Below, in pieces: positions 9,815 to 19,504 of a stretch of 64,000 nucleotides of DNA. Origin of the DNA: Candidatus Buchananbacteria bacterium (lineage in GTDB: Bacteria; Patescibacteriota; Patescibacteriia; 2-01-FULL-39-33). Every line of letters starts with the position of its first letter. Positions within the stretch are counted from its first letter, which is position 1. The stretch is from contig JAUSEE010000033.1 in assembly GCA_030650095.1 (NCBI GenBank), positions 26,757 to 90,756 on the forward strand. The letters are read 5' to 3'. The position numbers and the translations under genes are program-made. Below the pieces are notes generated by a model, which did no database searches, was not told where the DNA came from, and was given only the letters and a program-made list of their open reading frames with translations.

Positions 9815-9835
9815 AAGGTTAATATTACTATTAAT

Positions 9836-9864
9836 TTGACAATAATATAAATTTTTAATACAAT
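9836..9864 (+). promoter_or_regulatory. Sigma70-type promoter of cfa
   Basis: TTGACA-17 bp-TACAAT. Confidence 0.7.
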
Positions 9865-9968
9865 CAAAAGTTATCGGACTGCGTCAAAAAGGCGGTTTAG
9901 TCTGAATAAAGTTCTTTATAAATCAAACTGCCGACCGGAATTATTCCGGCGGCAACAAGGAGAAACTT

Positions 9969-11090
9969 ATGAGTAGTGGATTTTGGGCTGTAGTGGAAAA
10001 ATTATTTTCCGACGCCGGCATCGCCATAAATGGCAACAATTCCTGGGATATTAAAATACACAACGACAAGGTGTATAGGCGGTTTTTGGCCGGTGGTTCC
10101 CTGGCGCTAGGCGAATCTTATGTTGACGGTTGGTGGGATGTGGACAAATTGGACGATTTTTTTTATCGCATTTTCCAAACTGATTTGGCCGATAAAGTTA
10201 AAAACAACTGGTCGGCTATTAGCCATGTTATGCTGGCTAAAATTTTTAATTTTCAGAATAGAGCGCGTGCTTTTGAAATAGGCGAGCGCCATTATGATGT
10301 TGATGAGAGTGTTTATAGGGCCATGCTAGGTGAGAGTATGACTTACACTTGCGGTTATTTTTCGGCCGGGGCTGGCGATTTGGATCAGGCTCAACTGGCA
10401 AAATTGGATTTGGTCTGTAGAAAAATCGGTTTGAAGAAAGGTGATCGGGTTTTGGATATAGGTTGCGGCTGGGGCAGTTTTGCCAAATTAGCCGCCGAGA
10501 AGTATGGGGCAGAAGTGGTGGGTGTAACTGTCTCCAGAAATCAGGTTGAGTACGCCAAAGAAAAATATAATGGTTTGCCCATTGATATACGATTTCAGGA
10601 TTATCGGGATTTAAACGGGAAGTTTGACCATATAGTTTCGCTGGGTATGTTTGAGCATGTCGGGGTAAAGAATTACCGGATTTATATGGAAGTGGTTAAA
10701 AAATGCCTAAAAAAAGATGGTTTATTTTTGCTTCATACTATCGGTGGCAATCACTCTGTTAATAGTGTCGATCCTTGGGTTAATAAATATATTTTCCCTA
10801 ATGGCATGTTGCCGTCCATTAAACAAATCGGCCGATCCATAGAGAATTTATTTGTGATGGAAGACTGGCATAATTTTAGCGCCGATTATGACAAGACTTT
10901 GATGGCTTGGCATAGTAATTTTACCGCTAATTGGGTTAAGACCGGCGAAAATAGGGATCAGAGATTTATCCGGATGTGGAATTATTATTTGCTCTCTAGC
11001 GCCGCTTCGTTTAGAGCTCGTAGGAATCAATTGTGGCAGGTGGTTTTGTCGCCCGAGGGGGTTTTGGGCGGTTATAAATCTGTTAGGTAA
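9969..11090 (+). CDS. cfa: Cyclopropane-fatty-acyl-phospholipid synthase
   Basis: LGESYVDGWW, MTYTCGY, VLDIGCGWG, SLGMFEHVG, YIFPNG, RMWNYYL; SD AAGGAG. Confidence 0.95.
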   Translation: MSSGFWAVVEKLFSDAGIAINGNNSWDIKIHNDKVYRRFLAGGSLALGESYVDGWWDVDKLDDFFYRIFQTDLADKVKNNWSAISHVMLAKIFNFQNRARAFEIGERHYDVDESVYRAMLGESMTYTCGYFSAGAGDLDQAQLAKLDLVCRKIGLKKGDRVLDIGCGWGSFAKLAAEKYGAEVVGVTVSRNQVEYAKEKYNGLPIDIRFQDYRDLNGKFDHIVSLGMFEHVGVKNYRIYMEVVKKCLKKDGLFLLHTIGGNHSVNSVDPWVNKYIFPNGMLPSIKQIGRSIENLFVMEDWHNFSADYDKTLMAWHSNFTANWVKTGENRDQRFIRMWNYYLLSSAASFRARRNQLWQVVLSPEGVLGGYKSVR

Positions 11091-11168
11091 AACAAGATAA
11101 ATTAAAAGTCAGCCAAATTATTTAGGCTGATTTTTTTATGACACCAATATTTATGCTATAATAACTCC

Positions 11169-12158
11169 ATGAAAAATAAAAGAGTTGAGAAACTTATCCG
11201 TGATTTATCAGCCGATTATTTTGTCTTTGCGCCTCAAAAATTAGGCGCTGATTTGGCTCCGGGCTATGAATACGGCATCAGCGAAGTTAAGGATATAAAT
11301 AATATAGATTGGTCGGGGCGGGTGCCTTATGGCAATTGGAAAGAAGTTTTACTGCCTCATCATGAGCGTCTTTTTGATCTTAAAAATGGAGAACTAATTA
11401 AAGCCAAGGCTAATAGTCCGTTAATCGCTTGTCTGGGCATGAATATTTTGGATTTAAAAGCCCTCACTCTTTTTGAACAGGTTTTTGCCAATGATGTTTA
11501 TTATCAGGAACGCCGGCGCAATCTTTTGATTATAGGTTATAGCACCGGCTTGCCTAATGATTATAAAAAGAATAAAGTTTTTTCCCACAATTACAAAGAG
11601 GATATTTTAGAGCATGTTGTTTTTGATATTTTCATAACCAGCCAAAGCAATGGGAAAATAGCTCTTTATTCCGGCTCGGAGAAAGGCCAAAAAATATTGG
11701 AAAAATACGGCCTGGGTGATTATCAGCATATAGAATTTTCCGGTCCAGTGGCTGAAAGCGGACCGGATAAAAGAATGGCGTCTATTGCCAAAAAAATGGA
11801 AAATTCTTTCAACCATCCGGTGTGGGACGATTTGAATAAAAGATGCATCGCCTGCAGCAAATGCACCATTGCTTGCCCGACTTGCTTTTGTTTTGATCTG
11901 GAAGACAGGAATGATCCGGCGGATAAATCACGCAGTCGCAAATGGAGCTCCTGCTTTAACAGCGATTTCACTTTGATTGCCGGCGGCCAAGATGATTTGG
12001 ATACGGTTAAAAAGAAAATATTTTTTTGGTATTTCCATAAATTTGTCAGAATACCCAAAGAGTATTCACTGCCCGGCTGCGTGGGTTGCAATCGTTGCAC
12101 CCTAGCCTGCCCGGTAGGAATTGACATCAATAAGACAATTCAATCTTTGATGAAATAA
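11169..12158 (+). CDS. Group 3b NiFe (sulf)hydrogenase beta subunit (HydB/AsrA-like, 4Fe-4S)
   Basis: CIACSKCTIACPTCFC and CVGCNRCTLACPVGI clusters. Confidence 0.88.
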   Translation: MKNKRVEKLIRDLSADYFVFAPQKLGADLAPGYEYGISEVKDINNIDWSGRVPYGNWKEVLLPHHERLFDLKNGELIKAKANSPLIACLGMNILDLKALTLFEQVFANDVYYQERRRNLLIIGYSTGLPNDYKKNKVFSHNYKEDILEHVVFDIFITSQSNGKIALYSGSEKGQKILEKYGLGDYQHIEFSGPVAESGPDKRMASIAKKMENSFNHPVWDDLNKRCIACSKCTIACPTCFCFDLEDRNDPADKSRSRKWSSCFNSDFTLIAGGQDDLDTVKKKIFFWYFHKFVRIPKEYSLPGCVGCNRCTLACPVGIDINKTIQSLMK

Positions 12159-12164
12159 ATATCC

Positions 12165-12986
12165 ATGTTTAACATCTACCAGCCGCAAAAAGCCAAAATT
12201 ATCAGCCTCAATACGGAATCAACCGATACCAAACTTTTTCGTTTAGCCTTAACTGACAAGAAAAATCAAAAAGAATTTAATTTTTTGCCCGGCCAATTTG
12301 TGCAAATCGGCTTGCCCGGCTGGGGCGAATGCCCGATTAGTTTCGCCTCTTCACCCCATCAGTCTGATAAATATTTTGAATTGGCCATCAGAAAAGTTGG
12401 CCAGTTAACAGGCCAGCTGTCAGAACTTAAAAAAGGCGATTTAGTTGATATCCGCGGCCCCTTTGGCAATGGCTTTGATGCTGATTTATTTAAGGACAAG
12501 CCCCTTGTTTTGGTGGGAGGCGGTTGCGGTTTTGTGCCATTACGACCCTTGATAATGGATTATTTGGCTGACAAAATGGAAAATACGGTTTTGCAGATAT
12601 TTTATGGCTGTAAAAATGAAGACACGCTTTTGTTTAAAAAAGAGCATGCCAGCTGGAATCGCCAAGCTGAATTGAATGTTATTTTGGAAAAGCCGTCGTC
12701 AAAATGGGCGGGTAAAAAGGGCTTGATAACCGATCTGTTTAAAAATAGAGTGATCACTTCCAATTCCATTGCTGTTTTGGTCGGACCGCCGTTAATGTAC
12801 CGCTTTGTCATTGCCGAACTGAAAAAAAGACAAATTACTGATGAGAATATTTATTTATCCCTGGAGAAAAAAATGTATTGCGGCGTCGGCGTTTGCCAGC
12901 ATTGCGCTATTGGGCCATATTACGTTTGCAAAGACGGGCCGGTTTTTAGATGGTCTGACATAAAAGACATTAACAATATTATTTAA
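12165..12986 (+). CDS. Group 3b hydrogenase gamma subunit (HydG/AsrB-like, FAD/NAD(P), 2Fe-2S)
   Basis: PGQF, RGPFGNGF, GGGCGFVPLR, MYCGVGVCQHC...VCKDGPVF. Confidence 0.9.
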   Translation: MFNIYQPQKAKIISLNTESTDTKLFRLALTDKKNQKEFNFLPGQFVQIGLPGWGECPISFASSPHQSDKYFELAIRKVGQLTGQLSELKKGDLVDIRGPFGNGFDADLFKDKPLVLVGGGCGFVPLRPLIMDYLADKMENTVLQIFYGCKNEDTLLFKKEHASWNRQAELNVILEKPSSKWAGKKGLITDLFKNRVITSNSIAVLVGPPLMYRFVIAELKKRQITDENIYLSLEKKMYCGVGVCQHCAIGPYYVCKDGPVFRWSDIKDINNII

Positions 12987-13015
12987 AATATTAATAATTA
13001 ATAACAATTAAAAGT

Positions 13016-13156
13016 ATGGTAGGAGCAGGACTAGTGGTTATAGGTATAATATTCCTATTGAAGAATCTGGGCATTATGCCGGATATTGCTTGGGACATCA
13101 TTTGGCCGATAATTCTGATAGTTATCGGTTTGACTATGATTTTTAAGAAGAAATAA
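13016..13156 (+). CDS. Small two-helix membrane protein (DUF5668/LiaF-TM-like)
   Basis: Manual translation MVGAGLVVIGIIFLLKNLGIMPDIAWDIIWPIILIVIGLTMIFKKK; fills gap between hydG and hypC; below ORF-track cutoff. Confidence 0.75.
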   Translation: MVGAGLVVIGIIFLLKNLGIMPDIAWDIIWPIILIVIGLTMIFKKK

Positions 13157-13159
13157 ATT

Positions 13160-13351
13160 ATGTGTTTGACAATTCCGCTGCAAATACGATCCATTGAAAA
13201 AACCATGGCTAATCTTTCTGATGGCCGTCAAGTCAGTTTGGCTTTGATAAAAAATCCCCAACCAGGGGATTGGGTTTTAACCAATGCTGATTTGGCTATT
13301 TCCAAAGTTTCAGAAGAAGAAGCCAAAGAAATTAACAACTATTTAAAATAA
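13160..13351 (+). CDS. hypC: Hydrogenase maturation chaperone HypC/HupF-like
   Basis: MCLTIP N-terminus, PGDWVL, EEEA. Confidence 0.88.
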   Translation: MCLTIPLQIRSIEKTMANLSDGRQVSLALIKNPQPGDWVLTNADLAISKVSEEEAKEINNYLK

Positions 13352-13353
13352 AT

Positions 13354-14256
13354 ATGAGAAAAGGCATTTATCTGGTTTTAATCACGGCCGTGATTTCCGG
13401 CCTGTCAATTTTTTTTAATAAGTTTGCCTTAGAGGCTTTGGGTAAAAATGCTTACCAGTATACCACTTTAAAAAATATCATTCCGGCCGTTTTGTTATCA
13501 TTTCTAATTCTAACGCCGTTTATTTTTCCCAAGCTTAAAAAGTTAAATAAAGGCCAGTGGCTAAAATTATTTTTAATCGGCTTAATCGGCGGCAGTGTTC
13601 CGTTTTTATTATTTTTTAAGGGTATGAGCCTAACCTCGGCGGTTGGTGCTGCCTTTATCCATAAAACCCTTTTCATTTGGGTCGCCATACTGGCTTGGCC
13701 GCTGCTTAAAGAAAAACTGGGAAAGATACAGCTTCTGGCTCTTTTGATACTTGTTGGCAGTACTTTTATTTTCGGCGGATTTAAATATTTCAGCTGGGGG
13801 TATGCGCATAGCTTAATTTTAGCGGCCACTGTCTTGTGGGCGGTTGAAAGCATAATAGCTAAAATTATCCTGCGCGATCTTGATTATCTTTTAGTGGCTT
13901 GGGGACGGATGTTTTTTGGTTCGCTTATTTTAATCGGATTTTTAGTATTTACCAAAAATACCGGCGGCCTTTTGACAATTGATTTATCCCAATTTCTCTG
14001 GCTGGGTTTGGTAGGGCTATTTTTAACCGGTTATGTTATTAGCTGGTATAGCGCTCTGCAAAAATTGCCGGTAACGGTGGTGTCATCATTTTTAGTTTTG
14101 GCTTCGCCTCTAACCACCTTGTTGAATAATTTATTTATCACTCATCAATTTCCCAGCAAAGATATTTTAGGACTGGCAACTGTCCTGGTCGCTCTTATTT
14201 TATTATGGCAATTTAAACCGATAAAAAAATATGAATTCAATACCAAGTCAATTTGA
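13354..14256 (+). CDS. DMT/EamA family transporter
   Basis: About 10 TM helices in two repeats; AWPLLKEKLG. Confidence 0.85.
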   Translation: MRKGIYLVLITAVISGLSIFFNKFALEALGKNAYQYTTLKNIIPAVLLSFLILTPFIFPKLKKLNKGQWLKLFLIGLIGGSVPFLLFFKGMSLTSAVGAAFIHKTLFIWVAILAWPLLKEKLGKIQLLALLILVGSTFIFGGFKYFSWGYAHSLILAATVLWAVESIIAKIILRDLDYLLVAWGRMFFGSLILIGFLVFTKNTGGLLTIDLSQFLWLGLVGLFLTGYVISWYSALQKLPVTVVSSFLVLASPLTTLLNNLFITHQFPSKDILGLATVLVALILLWQFKPIKKYEFNTKSI

Positions 14257-14995
14257 CGGCACAATTCTAGCCGCTCGCTACGCTTTTATGCCCAATAAAT
14301 TAAGGTATTGCGGCGGCGATAAAAACAGCGATATTTTTGATTATGTGACCCAAGATTCAAGCGACGGCGGCTTAAATGAACTGCTGAAGGAATTTGCCAC
14401 CATGTATCCGTATTTAAGATTGATTGCCGAGTCCAGTGGCATAATCAATCCTTTTGATTATAGAGTGGTCGAAGCTTATTGGCTGGGCAATGATCTTTTA
14501 AATAATGTGGATATGAAGAATTTTTATCGCTATATGATAGATGAACAAAAGTTAAAAAAAAGTTTCAAACCGAAATTACTTGATAAAGTTTTTGGCAAAA
14601 TTCCCTTGGGAGCCAAGCCGCACCATAGCTGGCATGTTTTAAATATCCCCAAGCGTACTGGCCATTACCCCGTTGAGCATACACTAGAAACTATGGATAA
14701 ATGCCGTATTAGCTGGGGCAAGATAAAAGAAATAAAATCCGATTCCGGTGATTTGACCACTAAGGCTATAGTTGAATACGAGCCGCTGGTTATTAAAGAA
14801 AACAGATTGGTTTTGGGCGATCTAATCGATAAAGAGGTTTGGCTGGGCTGGGACAAAAAAACATTTATCAATACTGCTAAGCCTGGTGATTTGGTTTCTA
14901 TCCATTGGGATTGGGTTTGTGATTATTTGACAGCCGGCCAATTTAATAATTTAAAAAAATGGACTCAGTATAATCTGAATTTAAGCAATCTGTAA
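14231..14995 (+). CDS. DUF6390-like hydrogenase-cluster protein
   Basis: ARYAFMPNKLRYCG, YPYLRLIA, VVEAYWLGN, PHHSWHV, DKCRISWG, GDLVSIHWDWVC. Confidence 0.75.
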   Translation: MNSIPSQFDGTILAARYAFMPNKLRYCGGDKNSDIFDYVTQDSSDGGLNELLKEFATMYPYLRLIAESSGIINPFDYRVVEAYWLGNDLLNNVDMKNFYRYMIDEQKLKKSFKPKLLDKVFGKIPLGAKPHHSWHVLNIPKRTGHYPVEHTLETMDKCRISWGKIKEIKSDSGDLTTKAIVEYEPLVIKENRLVLGDLIDKEVWLGWDKKTFINTAKPGDLVSIHWDWVCDYLTAGQFNNLKKWTQYNLNLSNL

Positions 14996-14996
14996 A

Positions 14997-15049
14997 AATG
15001 AACCCGACCCCGCTCTAAAGAGCGGGGTATTCGGGCAGCAACATTATAA
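14997..15049 (+). mobile_element. 53-bp internally deleted derivative of the 142-bp element
   Basis: AATGAACCCGACCCCGCTCTAAAGAGCGGGGTAT joined directly to TCGGGCAGCAACATTATAA. Confidence 0.75.
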
Positions 15050-15073
15050 AAAAAGCTGCTATTTTTCTAGCAG

Positions 15074-15634
15074 CTATTTGCTTGTTTTTTTGATGACGAT
15101 TTGATAGTGGTAATCAATGCCCGACCAAATACACACGAGCGATAATAATATTCCGCCTATCCAGTAGAAAAAGCCGTTTAAGAAATGAAATATTTCAAAG
15201 TTGCCGTTTTCCACCGGCATCAAAAAAATAAAAATACACATCAAAGGCAAGCTAACGGCTGTTTTGATTCTGCCTGATAGTTTGGCCGGAATCGGTTTAC
15301 TGGACACACTCCTTAAATGAGTTGAGGTGATATCTTTAAGAAATAGCAAGGCCACCGGGATAAAATGGATCATACTCATAGCCACTAGCGGCAAGTAAAG
15401 AGTTGTCAGCCACTTATCAGCCAAAGGATCATAGGTTTTTCCGAAATCGGAAATGCAATTGAATTTTCGAGCATACCAGCCGTCCAGACAATCAGTCAAA
15501 CAAACTACTAATACTAGAAATATGACCAAGAGATGTATTTTAGGCGATGTCTGGGCAAAATAAAGCAGTATTAAAAGGGGCGGGGTTAAAATTAACCGCG
15601 TTGTAGTTAAAATATTTGGTATCTGGTTTTTCAA
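15074..15634 (-). CDS. pgsA: CDP-alcohol phosphatidyltransferase (PgsA-like)
   Basis: PNILT, TDCLDGWYARK...SDFGKTYDPLADK signature; SD AGGAG; promoter TTGACA(15699-15694)-17-TATAAA. Confidence 0.88.
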   Translation of the reverse strand: MKNQIPNILTTTRLILTPPLLILLYFAQTSPKIHLLVIFLVLVVCLTDCLDGWYARKFNCISDFGKTYDPLADKWLTTLYLPLVAMSMIHFIPVALLFLKDITSTHLRSVSSKPIPAKLSGRIKTAVSLPLMCIFIFLMPVENGNFEIFHFLNGFFYWIGGILLSLVCIWSGIDYHYQIVIKKTSK

Positions 15635-15752
15635 AGTACCGTCTCCTATAGTGTGAAAAGCCTAGTTAATTTTATATACTTATTTGACGGATATGTCAAT
15701 TTAAGAAAAAAAGAAAAATCTGTTATAATAAGATAGTTTTATAACTATCCCA

Positions 15753-16565
15753 ATGTATCTGTTAAATATGATTAGAAACCGCCGAACTAAAAAGCCCAAA
15801 GTGGCCATTGTTTCTTTAACCTCCTGCGAGGGTTGCCAGTTTGTGATGCTGGATCAGGGGCAAAGGTTTTTGGATTGGCTAAAAAAAACCAATCTGGAAG
15901 AATTTCGGTTGGTAGAGGATGAGCCCATGACGGCCAAGCATTATGATATTTGTTTTATTGAGGGCAATCCGGTAACCAGAGACAATATCAAATTATTAAA
16001 ACACCTGAGAAAAACTTCTGATCTCTTGGTAGTGGTTGGCAATTGCGCGGCCTTGGGTGGTGTTTGGGAGGTAAAGAATTACCAGTCTAAGCAGAAAACC
16101 ATTAAACAAGTCTATAAAAAGTTAAAAGTAGAAAATCCCGACATCAAAGAAGTTAATAATTTTGTCAAAGTTGATTTCACTATTCCCACTTGCCCTATTG
16201 ACGGCGATGAATTTATGAGGATAGCCAATAACCTGATTGATGGCTTAGATCCTAAAATACCTCAAAATCCGGTTTGTTACGAGTGCCAGACCAGCGGTTA
16301 TGAATGCCTGCTCCTAAAAGGTGAAATATGCTTGGGCCCCATTACTTTGGCCGGTTGCAAAGCGGTTTGCTTAAAAAGCAAGCAGGCTTGCTGGGGTTGT
16401 CGTGGCTTGTTTGATAACGCCAAGGTTTTTAATTTTATGACTCATTTGCTTAATAATTTCCCGCGCGAGCAAGTTTACCGGGTTATGGAAGTATTCGGCG
16501 CCAAAGACACTATTATGGCAGAATTAGCCAGAGAGCAAAAAATAAAAATACCAATTAAAAAATAA
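15753..16565 (+). CDS. NiFe hydrogenase small subunit (HydD-like)
   Basis: SCEGC, FIEG, GNCA, TCP, PVCYEC, CLGPIT, CWGCRG. Confidence 0.9.
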   Translation: MYLLNMIRNRRTKKPKVAIVSLTSCEGCQFVMLDQGQRFLDWLKKTNLEEFRLVEDEPMTAKHYDICFIEGNPVTRDNIKLLKHLRKTSDLLVVVGNCAALGGVWEVKNYQSKQKTIKQVYKKLKVENPDIKEVNNFVKVDFTIPTCPIDGDEFMRIANNLIDGLDPKIPQNPVCYECQTSGYECLLLKGEICLGPITLAGCKAVCLKSKQACWGCRGLFDNAKVFNFMTHLLNNFPREQVYRVMEVFGAKDTIMAELAREQKIKIPIKK

Positions 16566-16569
16566 AATT

Positions 16570-16749
16570 ATGTCTTTAATAAGATTTTTCAGAAGATTAA
16601 GCGGTCTAGTGCGTGGCAGTGCCATCATCCAAGCTCCGCCAACTCATGAGCGTTCACTGGCCGTAGCAGAGAAACCGGGACAAAAATTGCCGGAAAGCAA
16701 TGTGGTAAGGAAAAAAAAGGATTGGCGTTTTTCCAAAGACGAATATTAA
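16570..16749 (+). CDS. Small hypothetical protein (59 aa)
   Basis: Manual translation MSLIRFFRRLSGLVRGSAIIQAPP...DWRFSKDEY; begins 4 nt after hydD stop. Confidence 0.45.
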   Translation: MSLIRFFRRLSGLVRGSAIIQAPPTHERSLAVAEKPGQKLPESNVVRKKKDWRFSKDEY

Positions 16750-16763
16750 TTAATTTTATAAAT

Positions 16764-17021
16764 ATGGGACCAGAATTATTAGAATCATTACCCGTGGATC
16801 AACTTGATTTAAAACATCACAACGGCTTACAGCTGGAATTAATGCATCAAATGATCGGCGAAAATCATTCTCGGCAGAAACAACAGGCTTGGGTTTTAAA
16901 ATACAGCCCAAAATTCAGAGAGTTAATCAACAACCCCGAGTATGATGAAATAAGAGCCCTGGCCTTAGGAGATGATTACAAGCAAGCAGCCGAACTTCTT
17001 CGCCCCCTTTTAGAAGAATAA
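16764..17021 (+). CDS. Hypothetical protein
   Basis: Likely start MGPELLE at 16764 within tracked ORF 16722-17021. Confidence 0.65.
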   Translation: MGPELLESLPVDQLDLKHHNGLQLELMHQMIGENHSRQKQQAWVLKYSPKFRELINNPEYDEIRALALGDDYKQAAELLRPLLEE

Positions 17022-17031
17022 AAATCAAGAA

Positions 17032-18333
17032 ATGAAAATTCAAATAAATCATATCGGCAAAATGGAGGGTCATGCTGATTTTGTGGCCGAGATATTAAGA
17101 GGCGATGTTAAATCAGCTAAATTGATTACCACCGAGGGTGCCAGGCTTATCGAGGGGATTTTAATCGGCCGACATTTTAGCGAAGCTCCGATTATTACTT
17201 CCAGAATCTGCGGTATTTGCCCGGTAGTCCATAAATTGTCTTCTATTAAAGCCATTGAAAATGCTTTCGGCTTAAAGCCGTCTCTTCAAGTCGTTAAGCT
17301 GAGGAAAATCATGAACTTATCGCAGTTGATCCATAGTCATGCGCTTCATTTGTTTTTTTTGTCATTGCCTGATTTTTTTGCCATTGAAAATGATTTGAAT
17401 TTCATAAAAAAATATAAAAAGGAAACCGAATATGCCATCAGAGTAAGGCAATGGGCTCTTAAAATAATAGAAACCATCGGCGGTCGAGCCGTGCATCCTA
17501 TTGCTTGCGAAGTGGGTGGTTTTAAAGTCTTGCCAGCTAAAAATGAATTAGTAAATTTACTTAATAATTATGAGAGTGTGTTAAAAGATGCTTTGGGGTT
17601 GGTTAATCTGGTTTTGAAAATAAAATTGCCTAAATTCAGCCGGCCTACGACTTTTGTCAGTTTAACTAACAAAGATGAATACGCTTATTATAGCGGTGAT
17701 ATTAAAGTAACCAGGCCGGACGGATCGGTAAAACACATTAAAGATTCTGATTACACCAAAAATATAAAAGAAATAGAAGAACCCTATCGAGCCGCCAAAT
17801 CGGCCACGCTAAATGGCGAGCCATTTATGGTTGGCGCTATTGCTAGAATTAATAACAATCACACCCAACTCAATCATTTAGCCAAGGGAATTTTAAAAAG
17901 CTTGAAATGGCAGTTTCCGCAATTGAATAGTTTTGAGAATATAACCGCCCAGGCCATTGAAATTGTCCACGCTTTGGAAGAGATAAACAGCTTGATAAAA
18001 GATTTGTCTAGTGATTATAATGAAAAGGAAAAAAGTTTATCAGCTGGCTTGGGAGTGATTGCCGATTCCAATCCTTTAAGTAAAGAAACCATTGGCATTG
18101 ATGCCATTGAAGCTCCGCGAGGCACCTTGTATCATTACTATAAGATTGATAAAAACGGCTATATAACCGATTGCAATATAATTACTCCCACCGTTTGTTA
18201 TCTTAAGAATATTGAAGAAGATGTTAAGGCCTACATACCGGATTTAAGCCAGTTGAGCGCTAAAAAACGAACCATTAAAATACGAGGCCTAATCAGGGCT
18301 TATGACCCTTGTATTGCCTGCGCCACCCATTAA
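17032..18333 (+). CDS. NiFe hydrogenase large subunit, group 3b-related (HydA-like)
   Basis: KMEGH, L1 SRICGICPVVH, EAPRGTLYH, L2 RAYDPCIACATH at the C-terminus. Confidence 0.94.
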   Translation: MKIQINHIGKMEGHADFVAEILRGDVKSAKLITTEGARLIEGILIGRHFSEAPIITSRICGICPVVHKLSSIKAIENAFGLKPSLQVVKLRKIMNLSQLIHSHALHLFFLSLPDFFAIENDLNFIKKYKKETEYAIRVRQWALKIIETIGGRAVHPIACEVGGFKVLPAKNELVNLLNNYESVLKDALGLVNLVLKIKLPKFSRPTTFVSLTNKDEYAYYSGDIKVTRPDGSVKHIKDSDYTKNIKEIEEPYRAAKSATLNGEPFMVGAIARINNNHTQLNHLAKGILKSLKWQFPQLNSFENITAQAIEIVHALEEINSLIKDLSSDYNEKEKSLSAGLGVIADSNPLSKETIGIDAIEAPRGTLYHYYKIDKNGYITDCNIITPTVCYLKNIEEDVKAYIPDLSQLSAKKRTIKIRGLIRAYDPCIACATH

Positions 18334-18336
18334 TTC

Positions 18337-19500
18337 ATGAAAAATTTTGAAACAGGAGTAGAAAAAATAGAACCAAGAGAACTAGATGCCGAAGAGAAAA
18401 AACAATTGGGCCAAGTTTGGTCGCAGGTAATTTTAGGCCGCAGTGTTAAGCCAGAGAAGATAGAGGAAATGTCTAATGATGAACTTAAAGATTGGCTGTC
18501 GTCATCGCTTATGTCAGAAATCAGAATTTTAGCTGATGAGTGGGGCATTGCGCCTGATCAAAAATTAATTGAAGAAACCAAGGAAGATATTGAGGCGGCA
18601 GAAAAATCTAAGAGGCAGATGGCTTATATTCAAAAGTGTTTGGAAAATATTAATGAATTTGCCGAGCAAGATAGGGAAGAAAAAAGACAAAGAAGCCAAC
18701 ACTGGGATTCCTGGCCAGAAACCATGAGAGAAAATAAAGATTTTAATTGCGTGGGTGCTTCCATGCTTGGAGCTGACTTGCTTGATAGAGCTGAAATAGA
18801 AAATTATTATGGCAATCCATCCGGCCATATTATGAATGTGGTTAAATTGGCCGATGGGCGATTGGTTTATGCTGATTTTAGAAACGATCTTGTAACTGAA
18901 ATTAATCCGGAGGAAGTAGAAGTAGCGGGAATAAGAACTTTAAAAATTGATAATGATCTAATTGATTATCAATTAATTCCAGTAGTTGATAAAAATGGTT
19001 TGGCCGAAGCGGCTCTGGGCAATTTAAGTTCGCTTATCAAAGAAGCCAGTGAGAGCGATGTTTCTAACTTGAATCCGCATGAAAAAGAAGCTAGAAGGGT
19101 GGCCCAACAACACCAAAACCTTATTGAAGATGTAAGTGTCTATGATATCTATCATACTGTTTTTTCCGACAACATGTCTTTTCATAGTTCACTGGAAATG
19201 CAGGCCGAGGCGGAGAGAGTCCAATTAATCTATGATTTTGAAGATTCTTTAAAAGAATTGACAGCGGAAATAATAAATAGCCTTGGCCAAAAAGAATCTT
19301 TAAAATTAATGCTGGATAATGTTGATCAAATAGAAGAGTATCTGTCTGGAGCGGGGGAATTATCAAGCTTGCCTGATTTTTTAGGTGAAATTTTTAAAAA
19401 GGTTAAAGAAGCTTTGGCCGAATTGGCGCAAAAAGATGAAAAACTAGCCCTTAGAATGCAAAGTAAAATAATAGGGCGCATTAAAATAAATAATAAATAA
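18337..19500 (+). CDS. Hypothetical acidic protein with putative transglutaminase/papain-like Cys-His-Asp core
   Basis: FNCVGAS...SGHIMNVVKLADGRLVYAD. Confidence 0.6.
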   Translation: MKNFETGVEKIEPRELDAEEKKQLGQVWSQVILGRSVKPEKIEEMSNDELKDWLSSSLMSEIRILADEWGIAPDQKLIEETKEDIEAAEKSKRQMAYIQKCLENINEFAEQDREEKRQRSQHWDSWPETMRENKDFNCVGASMLGADLLDRAEIENYYGNPSGHIMNVVKLADGRLVYADFRNDLVTEINPEEVEVAGIRTLKIDNDLIDYQLIPVVDKNGLAEAALGNLSSLIKEASESDVSNLNPHEKEARRVAQQHQNLIEDVSVYDIYHTVFSDNMSFHSSLEMQAEAERVQLIYDFEDSLKELTAEIINSLGQKESLKLMLDNVDQIEEYLSGAGELSSLPDFLGEIFKKVKEALAELAQKDEKLALRMQSKIIGRIKINNK

Positions 19501-19504
19501 TTTT

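Noticed and set aside
11169-12986. Anaerobic sulfite reductase AsrAB
   Set aside because: No siroheme AsrC; NiFe small and large subunits with hyp genes nearby favour hydrogenase beta and gamma subunits
17032-18333. Selenocysteine-containing or truncated large subunit
   Set aside because: L2 has ordinary Cys codons and ends H-TAA; no in-frame TGA
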